A DNA stretch of 64,000 nucleotides from Candidatus Altiarchaeales archaeon (GCA_014727915.1 WJMO01000005.1:288001-352000), one strand, 5' to 3'; shown: positions 18,786-29,720, counted from the stretch's first letter. Notes: generated by a model from the sequence alone, not told the origin. Translations and numbers: made by a program.

Positions 18786-20231
18786 CTATGGTCGGTCTCT
18801 GCTCATGTTCCAGTTCAGAACGGGCTTACGCGCAGCAAGGGCGTCATCCAACCTCTTCACTGGGGTTTTTTGGGGCGCGCCTGTGACAAGCTCCGGTGTT
18901 TCAACGCACTCGGCCGCTATTCTCTCCATTATGTCCGCGAACTCATCCAATGATACTTTGCCTTCGGTCTCAGTGGGCTCTATCATCATCGCCTCCTCCA
19001 CTATCAACGGGAAGTAGATGGTGGGCGCGTGGACTCCATAGTCCAACAGCCTTTTGGCGATGTCAAGGGTGTGCACCTTGTTCTCATGGGCCTGCCGCCT
19101 CCCGGATAGAACGAACTCGTGCATGCATGTCCTGTCGAATGGGAGGTCATAGTGTTCCCTAAGCCTCTTCATGAGGTAGTTGGCGTTCAAGACCGCCTGC
19201 TCGCTGGCATCCTTCAATCCCCGTCCTCCCAATGCTTTGATGTAAGCGTAGGCTCGCAGGATGACTCCGAAGCTGCCGTGGAATGCCTTCACCCTGCCGA
19301 TGGACTTTGAACTGCTGTTCACAAGACCGTATCCGCCCCTGTCCTTCACAATCCTCGGCACAGGGAGAAACGGCTCCAGGTCCTTCTTCACACCTACCGG
19401 TCCCGACCCGGGCCCGCCTCCGCCGTGGGGTGTGCTGAAGGTCTTATGGAGGTTCAGGTGCACTATGTCGTATCCCATGTCTCCCGGCCTAGCCTTTCCC
19501 ATGATGGCGTTCATGTTCGCTCCATCGTAGTAGACGAGCCCTCCTTTCTCATGGACGATCTCCGTTATCTCGCAGATGTTCTCGTCGAAGAGTCCGAGGG
19601 TGTTCGGGTTGGTGAGCATGAGGCCTGCAACGTCCTCTGTCATGTGCTCATTGAGGTCTTTGAGGTCCAAATCGCCCCGCTCGTCAGACTTTATGACAGT
19701 CACCTCATATCCGAGGTAGGCTGCCGTGGCTGGGTTGGTGCCGTGGCTGCTGTCCGGGACGATTATCCTGGCCCTCTCCTCGCCCTTGTCCTTGAACCAC
19801 GCCTTCATGAGCATGGTCCCCGTCAGCTCCCCGTGCGCTCCCGCCGAGGGCTGTAGTGTGAACGCCTCCATGCCGGTTATCTCGCACAGCATATGTTCCA
19901 GATCGTGCATCACCTGCAAAGCGCCCTGGCACGTCTCCGATGGCTGTAGCGGGTGCAGGTCCCTGAACCCCTCCAACCTGGCGGTGTCCTCGTTCACCTT
20001 GGGGTTGTACTTCATGGTGCAGCTGCCCAGGGGATAGAATCCTGTGTCGACGCCGTAGTTCAAGCTGCTGAGATTGGTGTAGTGCCTAACCACGTCGACC
20101 TCGCTCAGCTCCGGCAAACCAACACCATCCCTCAACATATCCTTTGGGATCCTTGGTTTGGCTTTGACATCCGACTCCCGTGGCAAAACCCCAACCCTGC
20201 CCTTGACGGACTTCTCCTTCAACGTCTTCAA
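18786..20231 (-). CDS. gcvPB: Glycine dehydrogenase (decarboxylating) subunit 2
   Basis: [36 protein letters not shown]. Confidence 0.97.
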   Translation of the reverse strand: MKTLKEKSVKGRVGVLPRESDVKAKPRIPKDMLRDGVGLPELSEVDVVRHYTNLSSLNYGVDTGFYPLGSCTMKYNPKVNEDTARLEGFRDLHPLQPSETCQGALQVMHDLEHMLCEITGMEAFTLQPSAGAHGELTGTMLMKAWFKDKGEERARIIVPDSSHGTNPATAAYLGYEVTVIKSDERGDLDLKDLNEHMTEDVAGLMLTNPNTLGLFDENICEITEIVHEKGGLVYYDGANMNAIMGKARPGDMGYDIVHLNLHKTFSTPHGGGGPGSGPVGVKKDLEPFLPVPRIVKDRGGYGLVNSSSKSIGRVKAFHGSFGVILRAYAYIKALGGRGLKDASEQAVLNANYLMKRLREHYDLPFDRTCMHEFVLSGRRQAHENKVHTLDIAKRLLDYGVHAPTIYFPLIVEEAMMIEPTETEGKVSLDEFADIMERIAAECVETPELVTGAPQKTPVKRLDDALAARKPVLNWNMSRDRP

Positions 20232-21505
20232 CCCAGCACCTCCACCAGACGGTCAAGGTCGTCTTTCCTGTGAATCTCTGTAGTGCACAAGAGCATCCTA
20301 TCATCGGAGACCATGTGACCAGGCATCATGCCGGCCTCCAAGACCCTCTCATAGGTGCCCTCTGGACACTCCACCAGGAACTCATTGTAGAACGGATGAT
20401 CGTATGCGAGGCTGAAACCGTCCAGCTTGGATATACTCTCGGACAGGTATGCGGCGTTACGGTGGCTCTCCAACGCCATCCTCCTAACACCCTCTGGGCC
20501 GAGCAGCGCCAGGTGGGCTGCTGCCGCGATGCCGCAGAGGCTCTGGGAGGTGCAGATGTTGGACAGCGCCTTCTCCCTCCGGATGTGCTGCTCCCGAGCC
20601 TGCAACGTAAGCGCAAAGCCGCGTTTCCCGTCCTCGTCTACTGTCTCTCCTACCAGCCGACCGGGCATCCTCCTGACATTCTCCAGCTTGGTCGCGAGCA
20701 CCCCATAAGAGGGCCCCCCGTATGACAATGGATTCCCATAGCCCTGGCCTTCGCAGACGGTGATGTCCGCCGGCGGAGGCTTCACCAAACCCAGCGACGT
20801 GATCTCCACCACACAGCATATCAAAAGGCTTCCATTCTCCGCCGCCTTCTCTTTCACCCCTGCCATCTCCTCCAGGCACCCGTGGTAGTTGGGGTTCTGC
20901 ATCACCACAGCGGCGGTTTCATCCCCCGGTTCCAGTTTATCCTGCAGGCCGTCATCCGATTCGACCACTGTCAGCTTCAGATCTCCCGCACTGCAGTATG
21001 ACTTCAACACCTCCACGTAATCGGGGTGTAGCAGGTCCGAGACGAGTATCTCATCCCTACCTGTCATGTTATGGGCCATGACGCAGGCTTCCGCCAATGC
21101 TGTGGACCCGTCGTACATTGTGGCGTTGCAGACCTCCTGGCCGGTGAGCTCGCACATCATGCTCTGATACTCGAACAGTGCCTGCAATACTCCCTGGCTG
21201 ACCTCGGCCTGGTACGGCGTGTATGATGTGTAGAACTCGCTCCGTGAGATTATGTGGTCGACGGCTGCTGGTATGTAGTGCCTGTAGGCCCCAGCCCCCA
21301 GGAAAGACGTGTCTGCCCTGTTCTTACCGGCTACCTCTCTCATGTGCCTGGCGAGCTCCTGCTCCGACAGGCCTTCCCCAACCTTCAAGCCCTCTTTCAG
21401 CAGTATCTCCGATGGCACGTCAGCGTATAGCTCATCAACGCCCTTTATCCCAAGGTATTCCAGCATCTGCTCTCGCTCTTCTGGGCTGCTGGGAGTGTAA
21501 CGCAT
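20228..21505 (-). CDS. gcvPA: Glycine dehydrogenase (decarboxylating) subunit 1
   Basis: [34 protein letters not shown]. Confidence 0.97.
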   Translation of the reverse strand: MRYTPSSPEEREQMLEYLGIKGVDELYADVPSEILLKEGLKVGEGLSEQELARHMREVAGKNRADTSFLGAGAYRHYIPAAVDHIISRSEFYTSYTPYQAEVSQGVLQALFEYQSMMCELTGQEVCNATMYDGSTALAEACVMAHNMTGRDEILVSDLLHPDYVEVLKSYCSAGDLKLTVVESDDGLQDKLEPGDETAAVVMQNPNYHGCLEEMAGVKEKAAENGSLLICCVVEITSLGLVKPPPADITVCEGQGYGNPLSYGGPSYGVLATKLENVRRMPGRLVGETVDEDGKRGFALTLQAREQHIRREKALSNICTSQSLCGIAAAAHLALLGPEGVRRMALESHRNAAYLSESISKLDGFSLAYDHPFYNEFLVECPEGTYERVLEAGMMPGHMVSDDRMLLCTTEIHRKDDLDRLVEVLG

Positions 21506-21506
21506 C

Positions 21507-21896
21507 TTACTTTCCCTGTTCGCCGACGAACTCAGAGTATTCTCCAGCGTCCATCAGCCCGTCCAACTCTCCGGCGTCCTTCAACCTCAGCTTGAACATC
21601 CAACCTTCACCGTATGGGCTCTTGTTCACCAGCTCCGGCGAGTCCTCAAGCGAGCCGTTGACTTCCGCGACTTCCCCTGATGCCGGCGCGTATATGTCCG
21701 AGACGGACTTCACGGACTCCACCACGCCAGCGCCCTTGGACTTCTCAACACTGTCCCCTGTTTTCGGCAGCTCGACGAACACGACATCTCCAAGCGCGTC
21801 CTGCGCATAGTCCGTTATGCCGACGGTGGCGGTGTCCCCCTCGACTTTGACCCACTCATGCTCTTTCGTATATTTAAGATCATCCGGGAATTCCAT
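21507..21896 (-). CDS. gcvH: Glycine cleavage system H protein
   Basis: YTKEHEWV, GITDYAQ..LGD, VESVK lipoyl site; GAGGTGA RBS before ATG 21896. Confidence 0.97.
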   Translation of the reverse strand: MEFPDDLKYTKEHEWVKVEGDTATVGITDYAQDALGDVVFVELPKTGDSVEKSKGAGVVESVKSVSDIYAPASGEVAEVNGSLEDSPELVNKSPYGEGWMFKLRLKDAGELDGLMDAGEYSEFVGEQGK

Positions 21897-21901
21897 CTGA
21901 T

Positions 21902-23008
21902 TCACCTCTTGATGAATGGTAGATTTACGACTTTAGCTTTATAACGTTTCTCCCGGACTTCAACCTCTATTCCCGACCCGAGTTCGCTGTCTTCGGCCTT
22001 CACATACGCCAGTCCGATGTTCCTCTTTAAGGTGGGCGAGTAGCTGCCAGACGTCACATGCCCCGACTCCCCGTCTGCATTGTACACCTTGTAGCCCTCC
22101 CGCGCCACTGCCTTACCTTCCACCTCAAAGCCGACGAGCTTCTTCTCCAACCCGTCGGCGTGCTGTCTGAGCAGCTCGTCCCGTCCTATGAAATCCCTCT
22201 TGTCGAACTTCACAGTCCAGCCGATAGTGGCCTCCAACGGTGTTGTGGTCTCGTCTATGTCGTTGCCGTAGAGCATCAGCCCTGCCTCAAGCCTCAGAGT
22301 GTCCCTCGCACCCAACCCTATGGGATGTAAACCCTGCTTTTCTCCCGCTTCCATCAGGATATCCCATGTCTCCTCCGCATCATCGGATTTCACATATATC
22401 TCGAAACCGTCCTCTCCAGTGTATCCCGTCCTTGACACCACCGCCTTCACGTCGCTGAACATGACGTCCTCCCTGAACCTGAACCTACTCAGGTATGTGA
22501 CGTCAGGATCGGTCACCCCCCTGATTATGTCCTCTGCTTTAGGGCCCTGCAAGGCTATCATGGCGGTGGTCTCGCTCACATCCCTCAAAGACACATCATC
22601 GGTGTCGTATCCCATGTCCTTTAGGTTCTTCTCGATCCAGGAGCAGTCCTTTTCTATGTTGCCTGCGTTGACTACCAGCATGTAATGCTCTTTGTTATGG
22701 ACGTAGACGAGGAGGTCGTCCACTATGGTCCCGTTCTCGTAGCACATGGGGGTGTACATGCACTGGTCCTCGTCCAAGGCTGACACATCGTTGGTGACCA
22801 TGTGGTTGACGAACTCTTCGGCCTTCGGACCGAATATTAGGAACTCGCCCATGTGGGAGACGTCGAACAATCCGGCCTTCTCCCTGACGCACTCGTGCTC
22901 TCCGATGACTCCACTGTACTGGACTGGCATGGCCCAACCATGGAATTCGACGAACTTGGCGCCGAGGCGCTCATGGACCTCATACAATGGTGTGGTCTTG
23001 GATGTCAT
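21902..23008 (-). CDS. gcvT: Glycine cleavage system aminomethyltransferase T
   Basis: GLFDVSHMGE, SRTGYTGEDGFEI, GLGARDTLRLEAG. Confidence 0.97.
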   Translation of the reverse strand: MTSKTTPLYEVHERLGAKFVEFHGWAMPVQYSGVIGEHECVREKAGLFDVSHMGEFLIFGPKAEEFVNHMVTNDVSALDEDQCMYTPMCYENGTIVDDLLVYVHNKEHYMLVVNAGNIEKDCSWIEKNLKDMGYDTDDVSLRDVSETTAMIALQGPKAEDIIRGVTDPDVTYLSRFRFREDVMFSDVKAVVSRTGYTGEDGFEIYVKSDDAEETWDILMEAGEKQGLHPIGLGARDTLRLEAGLMLYGNDIDETTTPLEATIGWTVKFDKRDFIGRDELLRQHADGLEKKLVGFEVEGKAVAREGYKVYNADGESGHVTSGSYSPTLKRNIGLAYVKAEDSELGSGIEVEVREKRYKAKVVNLPFIKR

Positions 23009-23078
23009 AGCTGCCTCACGCTGCGGTTTTATAGTAATTATCCCCAGCTATATAAATTCCCCTAGATTTAATTGATAT

Positions 23079-24167
23079 ATGCACAGGATGAAGCTTGTGA
23101 AGATGATATCATTGGATATGGAGTCCCGGAAGAACATGTTCCAGGACTATCTGGTGAAGATAGAGCGCATGCAGTCGAAGGTGATAGTGGTATCATTCGT
23201 GATAGCACTCTTCCTGGGCCTTATACTGCTGTCTGTCAGGTTGGAACTGATATCCATCGAAACCTCCCATCTGGCCATGCTGTCCAACATCATGCTCAGC
23301 ATCTTCGCGGTCATAGTCGCAACAGCCTTCCTGAAGATAACCACTCCGCTCCTCAACCGGTTCTTCTTCTTCCTCGACTCCTCTTCGAGGAGCATAGTGG
23401 TGCACGCTTGGAACTACGGCGTATGGTTCGTGGCTTTGCTGGCGATACTGGCCCGTTTCACCGGCCACATGCAGTCCCTTGGAATATCGATCGGTGTCTT
23501 CTCGGCAGGCCTGGCGATAGCATTACAGCAGCCCATAACCTCCGTTGTCGGGTGGCTCATCATCATGGCCAAGAAACCGTACCGGGAAGGCGACCGGATT
23601 GTCGTCCGCGAAATAAAGGGCGACGTCGTGGAAATAACGCTTTTCTACACGGTGCTGAGGGAGTTTGGCAGGGACATGGACGGCGACGACCCGACTGGGG
23701 TGAAGATAACCATACCCAACAACATAATACTCATGGAGCCCATCCTCAACTACACCTCCGAGTTCCCCTTCATATGGGACTATACCGCAGTCTCAGTTAC
23801 ATACGAGAGCGACATACAACTGGCCAGGAAGCTGGTCAAGGAGGCGTCGATGGAGGTGCTCGGCGACTCTATGAAGCGTGCGGTTGAGCGCATGCGGCCA
23901 CACCTCTACGGCACGCCCCAGGAGGCCGACCTCTCCGAAGATCCTGTGGTCTTCACCAAGTTCTCCGACTCTTCCGTGGTATTGGACGTCCGCTACATCT
24001 GCAAGGCAGTTCGCAGGCGCAGGGTAAAGAGCGACATCAACGAGAAGATCATCGAAGCATTCGGCAAGCACGACAACGTGACCATAGCCTACCCTCACCA
24101 GCAGCTGGTATTCCATGACGAGAGCATCGAAGGCATGATGCGAAAATACCTCCAAAAGAAAAGCTGA
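23079..24167 (+). CDS. mscS: Small-conductance mechanosensitive channel family protein
   Basis: AGLAIALQ..PY..GDRI...GDV..I, IPN, IAYPHQ. Confidence 0.9.
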   Translation: MHRMKLVKMISLDMESRKNMFQDYLVKIERMQSKVIVVSFVIALFLGLILLSVRLELISIETSHLAMLSNIMLSIFAVIVATAFLKITTPLLNRFFFFLDSSSRSIVVHAWNYGVWFVALLAILARFTGHMQSLGISIGVFSAGLAIALQQPITSVVGWLIIMAKKPYREGDRIVVREIKGDVVEITLFYTVLREFGRDMDGDDPTGVKITIPNNIILMEPILNYTSEFPFIWDYTAVSVTYESDIQLARKLVKEASMEVLGDSMKRAVERMRPHLYGTPQEADLSEDPVVFTKFSDSSVVLDVRYICKAVRRRRVKSDINEKIIEAFGKHDNVTIAYPHQQLVFHDESIEGMMRKYLQKKS

Positions 24168-24202
24168 ACAATATATAACTTTCTCATTCGAATATTTCTA
24201 CT

Positions 24203-26017
24203 ATGGGCCGTAATCGCAAGAAGGGGAGGCAGCAGAGGCGGCGCAGAGAAGATCGGCAACGTGACGATGCCGACATAACCTCTGACACTCCCCGTCCCAG
24301 CTTGCCGGGCGATGATGCATTCGGCCTGCTGGGGCCTGCTAGAGAACAACCTTCCTGGGTTGCTGACATTATAAAAAAGAAGGGTGCTGGCCCTACTGAA
24401 CAGGAGAATACACATCTTAAGGACGTTCAGCCCCTTGGCGGCTTGGGCGTATGCGATTGCACGGAGCCCGCGCCTGAAGTTCCACTCCGATTGTCTGGCA
24501 GGGCTTTTGACCATATCGGCCGTTTCATGTCCGGCCTCTCCTACCGGCAGAATTTCCTGGGTTTTCTTATGAGTGACGGGGGAGTCCTTGACCTTTCTTC
24601 CATACACGGTAACCGTGAGGGCGATGATGAATCTGTAGCTGGCATAGTGGAAGAAGACACGAGGTTGCGCCGGGGAGGCTATGATGCAGTGTACCTTGCC
24701 TTGTTCGGCTCCATAAACCTGAGGAATCTGACCAACTTCCTGGAAACATACGAGTCCTGCGCCAGCCGCGGCATGCAGGCGTACATGATCACATTCAACC
24801 CTCCGCTGGAGGAGGGTGAGACGAGGGTCAGGGGCGAGGTCTGCCGCCTGAACCCTAACATACCCGGAGGCCCGGTGGAGGGGATGAAGAAAATGCTCTC
24901 GGCCGCGGGTGGCATAGCAAACGAGCTCATGGCCTGTCAGCAGAGTCTTACAAAGGACTATCAGAGCATGCCTCCCATGGGAAGCGGCTTCCGGGAGATA
25001 CTGGGAAGGATACTCCAAGGCCATTCCGACCTTGTGGTCGAATATGTGCAGCGGAAGATCGGGGATCCCGCCATGTCCAAGGCTGTTAGGGAAGCTGTCG
25101 ACTACAAGACGGGGGAAGTGATGAAATCGCTTAATAACGATGTGAAGGCTCAAAAAGCGTTTGGCGATGTGCAGAGGGAGTTCATCACGGGCGTGCACAC
25201 AGGCACGATGTTCTTCATATTGGGTCAAATGTTCTCTGGGACCAACTACCTCGAGCATGTCAACCCTGTCACAGGCCAGGGCAACCAGGATTTCATCTAT
25301 CTCGAGCATGAGAGGGGCCAGGCCGAGCGTCGGACGCTGTCCGAAAGCGTGGACATGGGAGATCCAGCAGCGTCCGAGGTTGTCGGCAGGATATCATCTG
25401 CCGCCCATGGGATGCAGTCCGACGCTTCCCTCCTCAGGCCTCTCGTCAACGCGTGTGTCAGCGCAGGCGGCGTTAGCCAGGGCACATTGGACTCCATCGA
25501 GGGCAACCTTCCGGGGCTCTTGAGATGCGCCCAACACGAGGGTGGAGCCGACATGCCAGAGCTATCGTCTTTTGCAGTTTCACGTGGGAGGGAGCGTGAA
25601 CTCATGTTCACACAGGCCAGCGACATATTCTACGGACAGGACCTGGCCAAGCCCCCCGCATCTTCTGGCATATTGGGCCTCCTGGCCGAGGAAAGGTTCG
25701 CAGGCATAAGGGATGACATGGACCGTGTGATCTCTAACGCATCCGGTAGGTCGCGGCAGGAGCTTTCCGAACCCCGGCTTATGTGGGTTCACACGATGCC
25801 TTTGGTTGAGGCGTTGAGGGGCAGGTGCACGGCCCGCCATATTGACTTGATGGAACGTTCTCGCATGGAGGGTGTTCAACCTGCTGATAAGACCAAGGCT
25901 GCGATGGAGGCTTCAGTCTACTATGGATTCAAGAGTTCAGTCGACCAGTTGGGATTGGCTGGTGAAGGTTTCTTGAACATGCCGACCAAGGAGTTTCTTG
26001 CCGAGCTGCTCACCTAG
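24203..26017 (+). CDS. Large hypothetical protein, Arg-rich N-terminus, possible inactive MPN/JAB-like domain
   Basis: 604-aa ORF filling the gap between mscS and hypC; domain call weak. Confidence 0.65.
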   Translation: MGRNRKKGRQQRRRREDRQRDDADITSDTPRPSLPGDDAFGLLGPAREQPSWVADIIKKKGAGPTEQENTHLKDVQPLGGLGVCDCTEPAPEVPLRLSGRAFDHIGRFMSGLSYRQNFLGFLMSDGGVLDLSSIHGNREGDDESVAGIVEEDTRLRRGGYDAVYLALFGSINLRNLTNFLETYESCASRGMQAYMITFNPPLEEGETRVRGEVCRLNPNIPGGPVEGMKKMLSAAGGIANELMACQQSLTKDYQSMPPMGSGFREILGRILQGHSDLVVEYVQRKIGDPAMSKAVREAVDYKTGEVMKSLNNDVKAQKAFGDVQREFITGVHTGTMFFILGQMFSGTNYLEHVNPVTGQGNQDFIYLEHERGQAERRTLSESVDMGDPAASEVVGRISSAAHGMQSDASLLRPLVNACVSAGGVSQGTLDSIEGNLPGLLRCAQHEGGADMPELSSFAVSRGRERELMFTQASDIFYGQDLAKPPASSGILGLLAEERFAGIRDDMDRVISNASGRSRQELSEPRLMWVHTMPLVEALRGRCTARHIDLMERSRMEGVQPADKTKAAMEASVYYGFKSSVDQLGLAGEGFLNMPTKEFLAELLT

Positions 26018-26239
26018 TCACACCTGGCACTCGCATATCTCGTTGAGCACCTTCAGCGTTTCTTCAGCGTCTTTCTTCTCCAGCTTCTGTATCGCCAGGT
26101 CGCCGTGGGCTAGTATGTAATCCCCTTTCTCCACGCTGGAGAGCATGCTTATGTTCACCTTCCTCCGCTCTCCCTGGGAATCTACCATGGCCTCGCGGCC
26201 GTCGACACCCAATACCCTCACGGGGAACGCCAGGCACAT
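26018..26239 (-). CDS. hypC: Hydrogenase maturation chaperone HypC
   Basis: MCLAFP start, GDYILAHG..AIQK. Confidence 0.93.
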   Translation of the reverse strand: MCLAFPVRVLGVDGREAMVDSQGERRKVNISMLSSVEKGDYILAHGDLAIQKLEKKDAEETLKVLNEICECQV

Positions 26240-26271
26240 ATTATAACAGATAATGCACTATATAATTAAGA

Positions 26272-26604
26272 ATGGCTGTTGAGACCTACTATAACCCCCC
26301 TCCCAGGCGGGGCCGTGAGGAGCCGGACGAGGCATTCCTAGGCCGCGTCGTCGACTGGATACAAAACACCGAAGTTCACGGTAGCCGGGAGGAAAAGTCC
26401 CTGCCACGGGTGACCCGGCAGGATGTGCCGAGGATACTAGCCAAGACCAAAGAGCTTGGTTTGTCCGTCGATGACGCTGACGAGGCCATACGCTGCTGTG
26501 ACGGCGTCCAATCCAAGGTTGAATACGAACTCAGGACCATGAAAGCCCAGAGGGATATGGCTGAGCGAGCCCGGAAGGCACGCGACCTCCCCCGCCTAAG
26601 GTAG
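26272..26604 (+). CDS. Hypothetical protein
   Basis: 110-aa ORF divergent from hypC with TATA-rich spacer. Confidence 0.6.
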   Translation: MAVETYYNPPPRRGREEPDEAFLGRVVDWIQNTEVHGSREEKSLPRVTRQDVPRILAKTKELGLSVDDADEAIRCCDGVQSKVEYELRTMKAQRDMAERARKARDLPRLR

Positions 26605-26676
26605 TTTTTTAAATATTCAGGCTTTTTCCGTGGCTGTTCTGGTTTTATTTTAAACTGTTGAAACCATATATCTCTT

Positions 26677-27165
26677 GTGGATTTCAGGCTGGCTTCTCGG
26701 AGCGTGGTAGTATCCGGGCTTCTGACGGCGATCCTCTCAGTGGTTCCTCCGATATCCTACTATAACATGTTCTGCGGGGCGTGGGTGGTGCTCGGGGGCG
26801 TGCTCTCAGTGTTCCTCTACGAGAGGTCCGTCGACGAGAGGCTCTCATATGTCGACGGAGGATTGCTTGGTCTCCTGACCGGCCTGTTGGCAGGTTTGCT
26901 CTCCGCTGTCGTGGCAATGACAGGGTTCACAGTCTTCTCCGCAGTGCCCCTATGGAACAACCTTGTGGTGGCTGCCGGCATGGCGGTATTCGTCGTTATA
27001 ATAATCGCGGTCTTGTTCTCTCTGTTCGGTGCTGTTGGCGGATTATTGGGCATGGTCATATTCGGCGGTGAGGACCTTAAGAGGGAATACAACTACGACA
27101 CCGATTACGTTACCAAGCTAAAGAAGGAGATGGAAGATAGGAAGACAGGTGAAGAGATAAAATGA
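26677..27165 (+). CDS. Gly-rich membrane protein (DUF5518-like)
   Basis: Four TM segments, DGGLLGLLTGLLAG repeats. Confidence 0.7.
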   Translation: MDFRLASRSVVVSGLLTAILSVVPPISYYNMFCGAWVVLGGVLSVFLYERSVDERLSYVDGGLLGLLTGLLAGLLSAVVAMTGFTVFSAVPLWNNLVVAAGMAVFVVIIIAVLFSLFGAVGGLLGMVIFGGEDLKREYNYDTDYVTKLKKEMEDRKTGEEIK

Positions 27166-27485
27166 TGTACGTGAACACAGAGGAGATAACAGGGTATGAG
27201 ATATCGGAGATGTTGGGTGTCGTGCGGGGCAGCAGCGTCCGGGCGAAGTGGCTTGGGGCGGATTTCGTCGCTGCCATAAGGAACGTGTTCGGCGGTGAGA
27301 TAACCGAGTACAGCAAGCTATTGGCCGAAGCACGGGAGCAGGCCATCGACCGTATGATGGAGGACGCGAAGGAACTCGGCGCGGACGCGATAGTGAACGT
27401 CCGTTTCATGACCTCCCAGGTCGGCCAGCAGGCGGCGGAGATACTCGTCTACGGCACTGCGGTGAAAACAAACAAGAAGGCATAG
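27162..27485 (+). CDS. YbjQ/UPF0145 family protein
   Basis: GGEITEYSKLL.EARE.A..RM...A..LGADAIV.VRF, YGTAV. Confidence 0.93.
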   Translation: MMYVNTEEITGYEISEMLGVVRGSSVRAKWLGADFVAAIRNVFGGEITEYSKLLAEAREQAIDRMMEDAKELGADAIVNVRFMTSQVGQQAAEILVYGTAVKTNKKA

Positions 27486-27487
27486 GC

Positions 27488-28318
27488 TCAGATTTCGTCG
27501 GGTCTTTTCCCGGTCGTCTGCCAGTATAGGAGGCTTACCTCTCCGTTGGTGCATTCGCCTTTCCCGAGCCCTAGTGGTTCGTGGTTGACGCCTATGAATG
27601 TGCAGATGGACTTGTAGCATCCTACTGCGCCTCGGTCGTGGTGTTCGTAGAGTAGGTTGTAGCGGTGGCCTCTGCTGGTCATCCACCTGTCTATCGAGTT
27701 GGCTGGACTGGCGGAGGAGGTTGGCATTCCGTTCTTGTATCTCCTTAGTATCCCTATGTTCTCGGCGAGGTTCTCCGCGGAGTAGAATCCATAGTCTCCC
27801 TTCATGTCCTTCACGCAGGTTCCCTCTGGTGTCACGTGGTCGAAGTACCCCTTCTCGAACATGTCCTTGGACCTGCTAACAGCCAGGTAATATGCTCTCT
27901 CATCCCATTTGATCGATGTCCTACTGTAGCCTTTCCTGATGCTGTTGAGGTATTCGAAGGCGTTCTTGCATTCCCCGACCCAGTCGCGCTCACCTTGGAA
28001 GCTGCAGACCTCCTCGTCCAACATGTTAGCCAGTGTCAAGTTCAAATGGGGGTGTTCGTCAGTCCTAGGCTGTGATGAGGTGTCGTATGCGATTATCATG
28101 TTCTCCCGTGTTCCCATTCCAATCCATGGCATCACCCCTGCTATGGCGTGGCCTCCGGGGATGGAATCCTGTGAGATCCCCACCAGGTTGAGCAGGGACA
28201 GTAGAAGGGAGAACGTCATGACCATGGTGAAGGGGTTTACTACTCCGCCTCTCTTCCTCAGGCTCTTTCCGGGGGCGGGCGTGAGGGTCACCTCTAATAT
28301 GAATTTCGTCTTCTTCAC
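27488..28318 (-). CDS. Membrane-anchored CAP (SCP) domain protein
   Basis: LN..R, DM...YFDH..PEG, AENI, WM.S.GHR.NLL. Confidence 0.88.
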   Translation of the reverse strand: MKKTKFILEVTLTPAPGKSLRKRGGVVNPFTMVMTFSLLLSLLNLVGISQDSIPGGHAIAGVMPWIGMGTRENMIIAYDTSSQPRTDEHPHLNLTLANMLDEEVCSFQGERDWVGECKNAFEYLNSIRKGYSRTSIKWDERAYYLAVSRSKDMFEKGYFDHVTPEGTCVKDMKGDYGFYSAENLAENIGILRRYKNGMPTSSASPANSIDRWMTSRGHRYNLLYEHHDRGAVGCYKSICTFIGVNHEPLGLGKGECTNGEVSLLYWQTTGKRPDEI

Positions 28319-28469
28319 TTTGTAGCTCCTACGTCCGCCTAGGATAACTCAACCACACCCACTCAAAAATCAGCCAATCACAACCACAGCCAACATGTTG
28401 TGTAATCTACATTGAACGGTGAGATATAAGAAATAAAAAAAATCATTTACATTGTTCAATGTTGTCTTT

Positions 28470-29720
28470 TTAGTGTACGCTGCAGGTTATGCACGGGTCG
28501 TATGCGCGTATCAGCATCTCCAGAAGGTGCTCCCTGTGCTTCCGGCTCTTGCCATCTGTCATGTGCAGCACCTCCTCGGCGTCCGATTCTATGTTGGTGA
28601 GGTTCTGGACCGTGGGCGTGATTATATTGCATTCTCTCAGCTTGCCCTTGCTGTCCAGGCCGTAGGTGTAGTATAGTGTCCCCCTTGGGGCTTCCACCGC
28701 CCCGTGTCCGACGCCGCTGGCCACGTCATAGTCCGGCGTGTAATCGTTCAGGCCGTCTGATAGTGTGTCCTCGATCCTCTCTATCGCTTCCTCGATGAAG
28801 TGAAGCGTCTCGACTGCCTGGGCGAAATTGTTGTGGAAGCTGTTGTAGCTTGGGAACCTTATCCTGCTCTTCTTAAGTTCTTTGGCTGCCATGGGCATCA
28901 GGTAGCTGCTGTGCAGGTTCATTCTGGCCAGCGCGCCCACCATTATGCCATGCCCGTCCCTCTCACCCCGTTTGGCGGTCGAATAGGGTTTGACGGTCTC
29001 TTCTATGTTGGTCTTGTACTCGTCTATTTCAAAAACATCTCCCGAGGTCGAGTTTATGAGCCCCCCGTAGAACCCGTATTTGTTGTCCGCCATTATGCTG
29101 AGGTACTCTGAAGCCCTCTCCATCTCCGGGTATTCCAGGGATGCGAACAGCTGGACTGCCTCCACCCCGTCCTTCAATGTGAGTTCCAACTCCCTCCCAA
29201 GCCTTTCCAGCTCCTCTTCAGACGGTACCTGGCTGAACCCCCCTACCGTCGGTGTTATGGGGTGGACCGGCCTTCCTCCTACGACCTCGACTATCTTGTC
29301 CCCGATCTTCTTGAGGTTCAACGCCATCTGGAACTTGTCCGGCGCCGCGTCCACGAGATCCAATGCGCTGTCCGCGTTTATGTAGTCTGGGAGAACGAGG
29401 AAGAACAGGTGGAGGGCGTGGCTCTGTATCATCTGCCCGCAGAGCATCAGCTTCCTGAGATTCCTAGTCGTCTCCGAAACCTCCACATCCATCGCGTACT
29501 CGAGTGCTTTTATGGATGCCATGCAGTGTGCGGTGGGGCAGACCCCGCATATCCTCTGGGTTATGAACGTGGCGTCCAGGTAGTCCCTCCCCAACATCAT
29601 GGGCTCGAACAATCGTTCGCCCTCGTGTATGCCCAGTTCCGCGATGTCCGATGTGAAGTCTATCCTCAGGCTACCATGGCCTTCAATCTTGGCTATGTAG
29701 TGTGGGACAACATCCTTCAT
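28470..29720 (-). CDS. hydA: [NiFe]-hydrogenase group 3b (sulfhydrogenase) large subunit alpha
   Basis: KIEGHG, RICGVC..AH, EAPRGTL, YDPCITCSVH-stop. Confidence 0.95.
   Translation of the reverse strand: MKDVVPHYIAKIEGHGSLRIDFTSDIAELGIHEGERLFEPMMLGRDYLDATFITQRICGVCPTAHCMASIKALEYAMDVEVSETTRNLRKLMLCGQMIQSHALHLFFLVLPDYINADSALDLVDAAPDKFQMALNLKKIGDKIVEVVGGRPVHPITPTVGGFSQVPSEEELERLGRELELTLKDGVEAVQLFASLEYPEMERASEYLSIMADNKYGFYGGLINSTSGDVFEIDEYKTNIEETVKPYSTAKRGERDGHGIMVGALARMNLHSSYLMPMAAKELKKSRIRFPSYNSFHNNFAQAVETLHFIEEAIERIEDTLSDGLNDYTPDYDVASGVGHGAVEAPRGTLYYTYGLDSKGKLRECNIITPTVQNLTNIESDAEEVLHMTDGKSRKHREHLLEMLIRAYDPCITCSVH

Noticed and set aside
24095-25309. 404-aa antisense ORF and similar shadow ORFs (4532-5470, 10061-10909, 23072-23887, 41816-42691, 48907-49800)
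   Set aside because: Overlap better-supported genes; expected by-products of GC-rich codon usage
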